From the NCBI GenBank assembly GCA_905178155.1, contig CAJINV010000011.1, forward strand, positions 2,867,783 to 2,931,782: a stretch of 64,000 nucleotides of DNA. The letters are read 5' to 3'. Position numbers and translations under genes: made by a program. The notes under the pieces were generated by a model. That model saw only the letters and a list, made by a program, of their open reading frames with translations. It did not search any database and had not been told where the DNA came from. Below are positions 23,165 to 34,937 of this stretch, one piece after another. The first letter of the stretch is position 1. The number at the start of each line of letters is the position of its first letter. Source of the stretch: Amoebophrya sp. A120 (Eukaryota; Protista; Dinoflagellata).

Positions 23165-26100
23165 TCACCGCAGCATAGCAGCCAAATCTCGTGTTTCCCC
23201 TCCGTCTCCTTGCGTCGAGGGCCTCGCGACGTGGGTGTAGTCGGTTTTCCGCAAATCGCCCGCGTCTCGCAACGTTTCCGCGCTGTCGTCGTATTCGGGG
23301 TGGGCCTTCGGCAAGTCCTGCTGGGCTTGTTCTGCGTCAGCCTTCTTACTGTCTCTGGTGCTCTTCCCGTCGGTCCCCGTTTTCGGCGGGACGGTGTAGT
23401 TGTGGTGCATGTCCAGAAAGTTAAACTTGCGCCGCTCCTGCAAGTGCTCCAACTCCTCCTTTTCGTGATCGCGGATAAAGTAGCAAAACGCGGCGATCAA
23501 TAGTGCACCGAACATGAAAATGAGCAAGAACGCGTCGTCCACCCAGGAAAACTTGCGGGCGACGTAGGACGTTTGCTCGTACCCGACCGTGATATCGCCA
23601 CTGGCAAGCGCGTCCTGCCCCGGCCGGAAATCGCTGTACAGCGCCGTGCAGACCGAACCGCGGATAGAGGTCTGATTTTCGATTTTGCAGTTGTGGTGTT
23701 ACGTTAGTGATTATGTGACGTGACGACGATGAGATAAGAAAGTAACAGCATGACACGCTACAGTTAGTACACAAAAACATCTTCGACGCAATTATACCCA
23801 GTAATTCAATCTCGATGATGGAAGCAGAAGAACTGTGCTTTCGTCTTCAACACGAAAGCACATCCTGTGCCTAAACACGTGAAGATCGTCCTTACCCCCT
23901 GCTCCCTTTCTTTTGCGGCGTAGATCGAGCTGAGCTGCGTGTGGACGAAATCTAGGCGGAACGTCGCGGTTAAGCCTCCGTTGTTACAGAGGTAAAATTT
24001 GCTGATGCCGGTGATTGCGTCTTCCTTCACGCACCAGTAGTAGTTGTCTTCGCAGAGTTGGAGCATGTTCGCCACATAGTTCCTCTCCTCTACGGGGTAG
24101 CTGCTTGGATAGTCCATGTGCTTCTGGTACACATCCTGTCGTGATAAAGGGTGAGAAAAGGGCATAGAAACAATCACAGAAACTACAATCTTCAACGTCG
24201 ACGAGCATAACCACGAGGCCCACAATTAAACCAGAAAAACAAAAAGAATTCCTACCACGAGCGCGTTTTTTTTCGCGAGGCTGCATTGGTAGCGGATTCG
24301 GAACACGTTCTTTCGGTCCGGCAGTTGCGGTTCCAACACAAAGTAGAAAGACTCGTCCTCGTGCATGGGAAACACCTTCGTCTGCACGCCTCGTGCGTCC
24401 CCCACGTCGTAGGTCTCGCTGTTCACCATCACGTTGCCCGCGAGGCTGTCCAGGGTGGAGAACATCTTTTTGATCTCGTACTTTTTCTCGGCCACCACGA
24501 ACGGGTCGGCCCGCGGGACATTTCCCGCGTCCGCCAGCGTTTGCTCCCCGGAGGTACCCGCAATCACCTCCACATCCCGCGCATACTGCTGTTCCGCGGT
24601 TAAATTAGACGTTGTAGTTTGATTGTTCACGGGAATGGTGCGCACCCCGCCCAGCCCGGAGGCGAAGTTGGTGTCGCGGAACAGTTCCCCGTCCGAGTTT
24701 TGATAGTTGTCCGGCTGCGGAAAGGACTGGGAGAACAGGGCGACTTTGATGCCGCAGTTGGGCAGAATTTGCACGTTGTACATCTGGAACCCCTGGAACT
24801 CGGTCGGCGGCACCAGCCAGGATGATTGAACGAGTTCTTGCGGACCGGAGTTTGTTCCGCTGCTAGAGAACGACGCATCGTCTCCTGTCGTAGTCGTGGT
24901 GGACCACGCTGACCCAGTGTCTGAGAGCACGGCGCTGCTGCGGTAGAACCCGTTGCGCCGCTCAAGCTGGTCCACTGCGCTGTTAGTGCCTAGCAGTGCG
25001 GCGGCGGAACGTTGTTGGGGACTTGAAGATGAAGAATCCGTGGCAGAGGAACCGCCATTCGCGCGCGCAAAACTCGCCAGGGACCGCAACAGCCGCGGGC
25101 GGGGCGTGGACTTTGTCTGAGAGAGGTTGGAAATCGAAGTTCAAACATCAAACATGATCTTCTAGTATCGTCCGGTGACCTTTCAACGTTTTCATCACTA
25201 AGCGGCCTACGAAGGCGTCGCCTAATGTGCTTTGCATGAGTATCATTTCTGAAACACATCCCAAGAAACCAACTCTCTTACCTCGGCAAAGGCTATCTGG
25301 TTCCGCTGTGCCAAAGCGGTTGCGTTGCTGCTGCTACCGGAACTACTACTGGCAGCGGGGTTGTAAGAGTACGCTGTCCCGTCGCACTCCAGGAATTTCA
25401 GCCCGTTCAGGATATTTTCTCGATCCCCCGCGCAAACCGGCGTTGTCGAATTTGTCCCGCTTGTGCTGTCAAGGAAATGTCGGATTTCCTGCTGGATCTC
25501 ACAGCGGCAGTGCTTCTCGTTAGTTTCCGCCGTGGTGGAAAGCATAGCGGTGATCTGCGAGATGAATGTTAGTTTTTTTTTGGATTAAAGACAGCTGCAT
25601 CCTCGTGGGCACCACTGCAGCACTAGCACATCGACATCTGCTCGGAATCAATCTAGGACTAGCAAACGAGTTAAGCCAGAGTGGCTTTGAATCAATGAAT
25701 TACACCAGCAGTGATTTCTTTTTAGTATTGATATATACCAGCATCGACGTGACGTGGCAGAGTGTTGCTTCCTGCGCCAAATAAGCCTGACAATCCTTGT
25801 TCGTTAGAATCATCACGTCTTGCGCACTGTGTCCCCGCCACCCGTTCCAGATGCACAGGTTCGCCAAGTCCGCCTCCACCGGCGGGCGCCCGAGCGTCAG
25901 TGCCGCGGCGCGGAAGTACTCGTTTTGTGCCTGCGAGCAGGTCGTGTACACCGACAGTTGCCGCTCGCTGTGTGCTCTGGTGGTCGTGGTTTGTCCGGAA
26001 ACGCCGGAAGAAGGTAAGACATCCCAGTCCGGGTTGCGACAGTCGCCCCGGGCAAGGGGATTGGCCACCAACGTGTAATACTCTTTCCCGGTGTTCTTGT

Positions 26101-26746
26101 CAGACGAAACGCTCGGACAGACCTTCACGGCCTCCGAAGACTCGCAGTTCCGGTCACCTTGGCAGTACAAAATTTGCACCCGCGCGTAAGGATTCGGCGC
26201 GAGCGCTTTCCCGTCGATGAAGGAGGACGGAGGGATGTTGTGGGCGGCGCGGCGGGACCGCTTAATTGTTTGATGGTGGGAGGAGGTTCTTGTTCTTGGA
26301 AGACCATGTTCATCTACTCGTTGTGTTGACATGCTTGATGCAGGTATTGTCGGCCTAGGCTCGTGATGTCCTCCTCGTCGAACAAAGTGCTGGCGCTGAT
26401 GAGAGACTGCGTCGAGACTGTGACTGAGATCTTCGTTGTGCGACGCTACTGCTCTCTCAAGTTCTTCTGTAGCAGCGTCTATTTGCAACATTTGCACATT
26501 GTCAGGTGCACGAGGAACCCCCGCGACGGGAATACTGGGGTACAACCCTGAGTCTTGTTGCGCTCCCACCTCGTCGACAGGTTGTTGTCCCGCCGTCGTA
26601 CCTCCAGCAAGGACCACGTCTACCAGGAAATGCCGCTGCTCGAGCAAAGCGGTGGTGAGAAGGCCGACTAGGCGAGTCATAGTTGCGGAAATAGAGCAGG
26701 TCGCTCTACTCCTGCTTCCGGAATTTGCGAAACTGGTCCGGCGCAT
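23165..26746 (-). CDS. Hypothetical multi-exon type I membrane protein with Cys-containing ectodomain
   Basis: Colinear minus-strand ORFs 25700-26746, 25243-25545, 24226-25089, ~23900-24140 and 23165-23542; N-terminal hydrophobic stretch and C-terminal TM AFLLIFMFGALLIAAFCYFI. Junctions not fully resolved. Confidence 0.55.
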
Positions 26747-27317
26747 TTTGTTTCTACTACACCAGCGAGGTCAAGGATGAGATTGTTGGCGTCAGTGGAA
26801 TCTTTTTGTTTTTGATACGTCGAGGTGTCACTGTTAAGCTGTTTCCTTGTAGCTGCTATATGAATTCTGTAGTACTTCTAGAAGTAGCCTAGCGTAGTTT
26901 TCACAACTGATGTCATGGTCCTCGTAGACGATACATCATGGCAACGCCAATTAGAAATCAGTTGTCAACTACAACTCATCAAATTGTGTATACCACGATG
27001 GTTCGAAGATACGATTTGATTTTTTTTCAAACGACAACGATAGCCGCGACGACGACTACGAGGGCGAATAAGAAGACGAAAAGCGCGAATAATACAAAAC
27101 GACTGCGAGATCAAAAAGAGCGAAGAAATTCAGGATGTTCAGTTCTTCTTCTTCTGGGATGGAACCAGAAATTCGTTTGCCAATGAGAATGAACAATATC
27201 ACCACGACACACACCCGATCTATTTGAAGGGTGCCCGGTCTTTCAAGTATTCCAACTGTTTCTACTTGCTCTTGCAGTTGCATTGGCACTTCTACCTACC
27301 ATCATATAAATTCGTGC

Positions 27318-30300
27318 TCACTTTACAGCAACGACATGCACCGCTTGCGGTTTCCTTTCCGACCCGCCCGGACACAGAGCCGGCAGGGAATCTAAAAACT
27401 GCGGTACGATCCGTAACAGAAGTTCGCGGTAGATCCTCTTGTCCGCAAAGTTATCCAGGTGGACCTGCAGGCAGTCCACGTCGTTTAACACTCGTTGCAG
27501 TGCTTGGCCCTGCTTCTCGTAACGGTAGTTCCACCACAGGTGCGAAAACTTGTTCGCGGAGGAACGGGTGGTGTCGCCACTTGAAGTCTCGCTCCCGTCG
27601 AGGACCGCGTCTTCTTGCCTTGTATCATCGCCCGCACGACCAACATCCTTCTGCAAGAAGTGTGTCTCGAACCACGAGTGTGTAAATCCGCCGTTGTAGT
27701 GATAAGGCAGGTTGTGGAGGAAGCTCCCGTAGGGGTGCGAGAGGAAAAACTTTCCCCCCGGCTTCAAAAGCCGGTGGATTTCCTGTATCGCAGCGATGGG
27801 CTTGGGCAAGTGCTCCAAAACCTGGTCGCACACGATTACGTCAATGCTGTTGCTTGGTAAAGGGATCGCAGTTATGTCACTTGTCACATCCAATTCTGAG
27901 TAACCCTGTTTGTTGTGAATGGAGCTCGCGTAGGCGAAGGGGGAGAGTCCCTGTTGGTGCGCTTTTTTGTGGATTTGCTTGCCGCGCTCGTCCGCGTCCA
28001 GACTGGTATCGTACTTCGACTACCGGAATTTAAGCACGGGGTCACAATTGTCTTCTTTTTGGGCTTGGTGCGCCTAGCCCGCATCGCTTGCGTTTGTGCC
28101 TGTTTTTGCACCTTTTTGCGTGCCTGATTTTCCGCCTGTTTCTGTAGCTGTTTCTGGGCCTGTTTTTGCGGCTGCGCCTGTTTTAGTGCCCCCCGAGCCG
28201 CCACATTCATAGAAGAGGGCGCTTTAAGTGCCAAAGTGCCTCCTTCTACGATAGCGTCTAGTAGGCACATGCATAACACAACGCCGGGCAGTCTACAAAG
28301 CACGCTCACGCACGCAGCGCCTGCCTGCCTCAAAAAAAATGGCGCGCGGAAGGGCATCGAAAAAGATATTCCGGGCGCGCTGAATGAATCAATCTGAAAG
28401 AGAATAGGTGCCCGGCAATCCACCTCTTCGGGCATGCCTCTACTCATCCGCCACAGGGCCTCCCAGCGCTGCAGAGCCCGCGGCGCCTTGAAGTGCCGGG
28501 GTCGACTGCTGGCTCTGGGTCAGCTTCTGCAACAGCTGCCCTGTCCTTTTGTTTGCACTACTCCATTGCGAGCGAAGGGCAACACTCGACCAACCGACCA
28601 CCCAACCAGCCACCTCTCTCTCTTTGTTGCTAGAAGTCCTGCTGGGCCCACATCTTAATACCAAAAGCAAAGAGAAAGATACCTGCTAAGAGACGACCAC
28701 TCCGTGGCGAATAAAGTTCTACAAAAATATTTGCACTTCAGAAGCATGGTCGTTCCCGATCATATCCGCCGGGGCTGGCATCCCGGCTGCTGACTTCAGC
28801 AGGCTGCTTACTTTCTGCTTCCTTTGACATGGACGAACAAGGGTGGGTTACATCTGCTTTTTTTCAAAAAGGTCTAACCCCCGCTAGTGGGTGGGCACTA
28901 GCGGGGGTTAGCTTCGGACGAATGTAACCCACCCTTGTTCATTTGTTCTAGGATGAACAAAGGTGGGTTACATTCGTCTGACCCTAACCCCCGCTAGTGC
29001 CCACCCACTAGCGGGGGTTAGAACTTTTTGGAAAACAGACAACCTAACCCACCCTTGTTCGTCGGATCCAAATCATGGCGCTTCACATCGCCGGGTGGGC
29101 TCCGGCGATCAGGGTCGGCGAGCCTCCAAAGACATCAACTACAGAACAGATCTGCAGCGTACCACCCAGAATAAAATATGCCACCATGGTATGGGGCGCG
29201 GATTAATATCGCGCACCAGGCCATGCTGCAGAGCCCTACTCCCGACGGAAAACTAAAGGGCTACAATGCGAATTTCGCACCCGCCATGCCGCGCGAAGGG
29301 TGAAATGGGACTGGGCATAACAAGTCACAACACAATACCTTGAGCCAAAAGCCTCCCACTGCAACACGCTTGACATCGATTTCATAATCCACAAGTCTCA
29401 ATAAGCGACGCTTCAGGTTGACATCAGTGCACTGAATGCCGAAAACCTGTCGCGCCAGATCTGCACACACTTAATTGAGACTTGTGGACTACAAGATCAA
29501 TGTGTCAAAGCTTGCGATGTCGGCACTTTGGCTCAAGGTGCAATGGCGTGAGTTGCTACGCCCAATCCCTTTTCACCCCTCACGCGGATTGACAACCACA
29601 GCGACGCACCCAGGGGCCGCCCGCGTGGAGGACACGCATGCAGGAATTTTTGGCCCCCTAGATACAACCGGAAAAGTGCTTTGGTTTTTGCGCTGGAACC
29701 CGCGTCAAAAAGTAGAATTGTGATCCCGCGCTCGTCCGCGTCCAGACTGGTATCGTACATGCCAAAATCCTGCTTGAGGTAAAAAACCTTTTATGGCGGG
29801 AGCAAAGTGATATTTTTGAAAACAATAAAATTTTCGTCGATGGGTCTTGAGGTACTTGCGCTTACCATATTGAAAAGCAACGCAGGAAGAAAGCCGCAAA
29901 AGTATGCAGGGCAACTAGCTAGCGAGAAGAGGCGCGACTGAGCGGCATCAATTCGGGGGAAGGACGGCCCGGCCGGTCAATGTCGTGCTTTAGAATGATG
30001 CGCGGGCGGGTGATTGGGGGGCGCCATGATTTGCCTGCCGCGAAGACTAGTGCGGCAGCCGACCTGCTTGGCCTGGCAGAGATTGCGTGCCGGGTTCACT
30101 CCCTGCGCAACAATAAGGGGCCGCCGCTTTGCAATTGCCATGCAAATGAGGGACATGGGGCGGTGGCGCAGGGAAGCGCTTTGCACCGGGTGGGCCAGTC
30201 CGCAGGCCGCAGCGGCCCAATGAGGTGCGCGTAAGCTGCGGCCGTTCCCTTGCTGGAGGACCTCAGCCGCAAATGGGCGGGCTGCAACAATGTCGGCGCC

Positions 30301-33300
30301 GAGACTCCTTCCCACCGCCGCTAGTGGCTAGGGTCTGCAGAGGGCACCGCCGCCGGCGTTTTTCCTGGTGCCCAGTCTTCCCAACAAAAGACTGAAGCCA
30401 TAGCGGCCCCCGCCCGGGTAGCACATTGGCGGGCTCTGTTCTGCCGCCACACAAAGCGGCCACTTCAAAACCCACGACGCGCTGCCCGGCCCCGCCCCCG
30501 AGGGGTTGGCGCGCATGGCTTTGGGGCCTTCTCCGTCGCGGTCCAGAAACCCCAACGAAAGCCCCCCCGCCTGCAGCGTCGGCAGCGCTTCTCAACCCTG
30601 TGCCGCTTCCTCCTCTGTTCGCCGTTCTCTCCCTGCTCTTCTCATCTTTTGCGAGCATTTCAAGCCGGGAGCGGGTTGGGGAGATGTCTTGGCTACCGCG
30701 GCAACGCGATCGCCATGGCCCGGCTCCCGCGGGGCTCGGCCTCACCCAAGGGGCCAAGGGTTGTGTGCTGGCTTTGTGATTTCGGGCTTCGGACTTGCAA
30801 TGCCCCTCGCGCCGTACTTGCCGCGGCCCAATCACAGACCTTGAAACCATATAAAGCCCGCAGAGGGCCGACCCAAGATCCCTATGCAGGTTGTGCAACC
30901 TCGGGCGGGCGTCGGGCCCCAAGTCCACCCGGACCCTTTGCAAGACCTGAAAACGCGAGTTTCTGATGGGGGACGCCCGGGCCCCCGCAAGCTGCCCCCG
31001 CGTGGGCCCCCACAACCGGGGCCCCCGCAAGCTTTTTTGTGGATTTGCTTGCCGCGCTCGTCCGCGTCCAGACTGGTATCGTACATGCCAAAATCCTGCT
31101 TGAGGTAAAAAACCTTTTATGGCGGGAGCAAAGTGATATTTTTGAAAACAATAAAATTTTCGTCGATGGGTCTTGAGGTACTTGCGCTTACCATATTGAA
31201 AAGCGACGCAGGAAGAAAGCCACAAAAATATGCAGGGCAACTAGCTAGCGAGAAGAGGCGCGACGGAGCGGCATCAATTCGGGGGAAGGACGGCCCGGCC
31301 GGTCAATGTCGTGCGTTAGAATGATGCGCGGGCGGGTGATTGGGGGGCGCCGTGATTTGCCTGCCTCGAAGACTAGTGCGGCAGCCGACCTGCTTGGCCT
31401 GGCAGAGATTACGTGCCGGGTTCACTCCCTGCGCAACAATAAGGGGCCGCCGCTTTGCAATTGCCATGCAAATGAGGGACATGGGGCGGTGGCGCAGGGA
31501 AGCGCTTTGCACCGGGTGGGCCAGTCCGCAGGCCGCAGCGGCCCAATGAGGTGCGCGTAAGCTGCGGCCGTTCCCTTGCTGGAGGACCTCAGCCGCAAAT
31601 GGGCGGGCTGCAACAATGTCGGCGCCGAGACTCCTTCCCACCGCCGCTAGTGGCTAGGGTCTGCAGAGGGCACCGCCGCCGGCGTTTTTCCTGGTGCCCA
31701 GTCTTCCCAACAAAAGACTGAAGCCATAGCGGCCCCCGCCCGGGTAGCACATTGGCGGGCTCTGTTCTGCCGCCACACAAAGCGGCCACTTCAAAACCCA
31801 CGACGCGCTGCCCGGCCCCGCCCCCGAGGGGTTGGCGCGCATGGCTTTGGGGCCTTCTCCGTCGCGGTCCAGAAACCCCAACGAAAGCCCCCCCGCCTGC
31901 AGCGTCGGCAGCGCTTCTCAACCCTGTGCCGCTTCCTCCTCTGTTCGCCGTTCTCTCCCTGCTCTTCTCATCTTTTGCGAGCATTTCAAGCCGGGAGCGG
32001 GTTGGGGAGATGTCTTGGCTACCGCGGCAACGCGATCGCCATGGCCCGGCTCCCGCGGGGCTCGGCCTCACCCAAGGGGCCAAGGGTTGTGTGCTGGCTT
32101 TGTGATTTCGGGCTTCGGACTTGCAATGCCCCTCGCGCCGTACTTGCCGCGGCCCAATCACAGACCTTGAAACCATATAAAGCCCGCAGAGGGCCGACCC
32201 AAGATCCCTATGCAGGTTGTGCAACCTCGGGCGGGCGTCGGGCCCCAAGTCCACCCGGACCCTTTGCAAGACCTGAAAACGCGAGTTTCTGATGGGGGAC
32301 GCCCGGGCCCCCGCAAGCTGCCCCCGCGTGGGCCCCCACAACCGGGGCCCCCGCAAGCTTTTTTGTGGATTTGCTTGCCGCGCTCGTCCGCGTCCAGACT
32401 GGTATCGTACATGCCAAAATCCTGCTTGAGGTAAAAAACCTTCCCCGGTGCCGTATTCCGCCAGTCCGGTTCGCACGGGGCGGTGCCTGCACCCACGTCG
32501 AGGACGACGAAGCCCGTTTCGAGACGGGTCTTTGTTCCTGTTTTCCTACTTGATGATGCACTAGAAGATGTCACTTCCCCTGTTTCTTCTTTATCTTTGA
32601 CAAGCTTCCCCGTGCTTTTATCGAGAAACAAGTCGCTTGAAATAACCGGCGGGGGTACTTCGTTTCTCTTCAACTCCTCCATGATGCCGCGCAGATGCCC
32701 GCACCGAGCCGCATCCTTGTAGAGGACGAAGTCGTCTCGAAATTGCAGAAACGGCACTGCGTACGCAGGCACGGCTTCGCGAGTGCGCGTGTCGATCAGT
32801 TGGTCGGATGAAGTACCAGGTTGTGCGCCTGCAACCGCAAGAACTCCTGTAGTTGTTGTACTACTAGCGTCTTGATCATGCACTTCATCGAGACTGCCTG
32901 TTCCTGCAGCTCCTGCAAGCACACTATCGTGTTTATCCGACGTAATGGTCGTGAAGATTTTTGCAAGATGAAACGAGCCTTCTTCGGAATCTTTCGTTTT
33001 CTCTTCCACAATTTCCTCCAGTTTTTCCGCGGCGCGAAATAGCATGGACCACGTCTCACTCCGCTTGTAGTCTACGTCGCGCCACCGGAAGGGCGCGTCG
33101 TACAGGGACCATAGGTGATCCAGAGCGCGGAAGATCCGCAGTTCCTGTTTTTGCTCCTGTATAATTTTAGGCGCAGCCAGATGTGGTCGTCCTTGTGGCG
33201 CTTCATGATCTTCACCGTCTGCGACTTCTGTCGTTGTTATCTTCCTGTTCGTTTCCAATCTCCGGTACTCCTTTTCCGCCATGTCCACGAGCGAGAGCCA

Positions 33301-34639
33301 GGTACTCGTGTCGTTACTTCGGAACGTCTTGATCGCAACCTGTAAATACGCGCCGACCTTGCCCTTGTCCGCGAGTAAAAGGTCCGTCGGGTCAGCAAGC
33401 TCGGTTATGTCATCGTGGTCCTCTACTTCGCTGTCCTCTTCAGAATCTCCTTTTTCGCTGGCCTCATCTGACAACATAATTTCTCGCTGCTTCAACATCC
33501 TACCTCCGTCCTCGATAGCAATCTTCAATCTCTGCAACTGCAGCCCGAATAGCGGATGCCGGTGCTGGACACCCTCGACCCAGGTTATCGCCCGATGCTC
33601 CCCAGCATTCCGAAACAGGTCAACGCTTGCGCCAAGGGAAAAGTCGGCCTCCGTTTGGAGAATGGCGCCGTCGGCGGAGTAGAGAGTTCCCGGTTGTGCC
33701 AAAGATGCAGCCGCTGATGTCGAGCTTGCTCTACTATTCGGGTCCATTTTCGTACCAATTTTATTGTTCTCATCAGTTTTTCTCTTCATTTCATCCAGGA
33801 ACTGCACGACGTTATACGCTGCCTCGCTGTCGGTGCACCGCTCCTGTAGGAAACGGGTCATGGTCACCCGTATGGGTACGTTTTGCGCGTCTCTGCAGTC
33901 GGCGGCCCCGGGTATGTTCATAGGGAGATCGGGGTCCAGTAATCGGGGTGCGGCGGTCTTGGGTTCGCAACAGACCTCCGGGGAAAGCGCGGCGGGATAT
34001 GAATAGAAGAAAAAGTGATAGGCCGCTTGGTGAACAGTTCAAATCTCATCTTCGCACCAGAGAGGGGCTTAATAAGTAAAGCTGGTTGCGCAGTGTGATG
34101 TTCCTACAGATTTCTCATTCGGTTGTCGTGGTTGTAACATCTCTTAGTACCTACATGCATGTTGATCTTGATGCGCATATTTGCATCATTAACTCTACAG
34201 GTACAACAACCACGGCGACCTCCCACTTTTCCGTGTCTATAAAGACATCGTTGCCAACGAAGCAGCTGGGGTTCACCACGGCGGTGGTGATTGGCAGTTT
34301 TTCCCCGTTTTTTCCTCGCACCGCCAAGTCTAGTTCGTAGCCGCAACACAGCTTCTCGCTGAAATCCGCATTGAAGCAACTGTTGGTCGCGTAAAGACGG
34401 AATAAGTGGTCGAACCCGTGCCCGCAGAACTGGTCGAGCACTTGCAGCATCTGCGGACACTGCTGCTCCCAGCACTTGTGGTACAAAGGCGTGGAAGCAT
34501 CGCAAATCGGCGGGCCGGCGGCAACTAACGACGATCGCGAATCCTCGAACCAGTGTGATGCTCCCAGCAGCAACAGGACGAAGACCTGGGCGGAAGTTAG
34601 GACCGCAGCAGCAGAACAAAACGGACGATAGCGGGCCAT
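27318..34639 (-). CDS. Class I SAM-dependent methyltransferase (Methyltransf_11-like) with signal peptide and Cys-rich N-terminus, interrupted by ~4.4 kb of inserts
   Basis: Motif I VVLDVGAG (~32480-32510) continues after the inserts as ...QIHKKAHQQG...DITAIPLPSNSIDVIVCDQVLEHL...EIHRLLKPGG. GT-AG intron 33976-34219 joins KWE-VCCEPK. Confidence 0.8.
28832..29063. repeat. Nested palindrome: two hairpin units that together form a larger inverted repeat
   Basis: Each half is GAACAA(G/A)GGTGGGTTA...CTAACCCCCGCTAGTG-6nt-CACTAGCGGGGGTTAG...TAACCCACCCTTGTTC. The second half is the inverted copy of the first (loops ggtggg / cccacc). Confidence 0.92.
29287..29590. repeat. Diverged head-to-head inverted duplication (~115 bp arms), each arm containing a DinoSL-like TTTGGCTCAAG|GT
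   Basis: Both arms read ATTGAGACTTGTGGA...TTTGGCTCAAGGT...TTTCACCC: minus arm ~29287-29402, plus arm ~29474-29590. Confidence 0.8.
29791..32356. mobile_element. Insert X: two tandem 1240-bp copies (29791-31030, 31117-32356) separated and flanked by an 86-bp exon duplication
   Basis: Period 1326 bp (ORF pairs 29977/31303, 30426/31752, 30884/32210). The exon segment KVFYLKQDFGMYDTSLDADERGKQIHKKA occurs at 32357-32442 and 31031-31116, and is split between 29726-29790 and 27961-28014. Confidence 0.85.
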
Positions 34640-34937
34640 TGTCGCTTTGTTTGTATTCCTCAGGATCTGCGACTTCGAAAGAAAATGTGCATACGCCATA
34701 TTAACGCAAGACAGAGAAACAACATTTCATCAAATTTTCAACTCCGATCATGAACCCACAGCTGCTCCTCTGCATCGACAGACCAAAAACTACAGCGCTG
34801 AAAGCAGAAGCACACAGAAGGCGTCGACTATAGCAGCTGCTGACTGCGCCGAGGTGCCAAATCTTTTGAGTAATTGTGCTACTTTTGCATTTGCTTTCAC
34901 CTTTGATTGCGCGAAGATTTCACTTTCTTCACTAACT

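Larger units (their letters stand above)
28015..29725. mobile_element. Insert Y (1711 bp) flanked by a 33-bp target duplication
   Basis: ccgcgctcgtccgcgtccagactggtatcgtac at 27982-28014 and at 29726-29758; this is methyltransferase exon sequence. Confidence 0.75.

Noticed and set aside
28832-29063. Telomeric repeats (ccctaaccc)
   Set aside because: Only isolated units inside a palindrome; there is no tandem array.
29200-32356. 5S rRNA or U6 snRNA genes linked to the SL-like motifs
   Set aside because: No recognisable conserved 5S or U6 sequence found by eye; an Rfam scan would be needed to exclude them.
27961-32442. Repeated 54-86 bp segment as a CRISPR-like array
   Set aside because: The repeats are exon sequence, the spacers are kb-sized and two are near-identical, there are no cas genes, and the context is eukaryotic.
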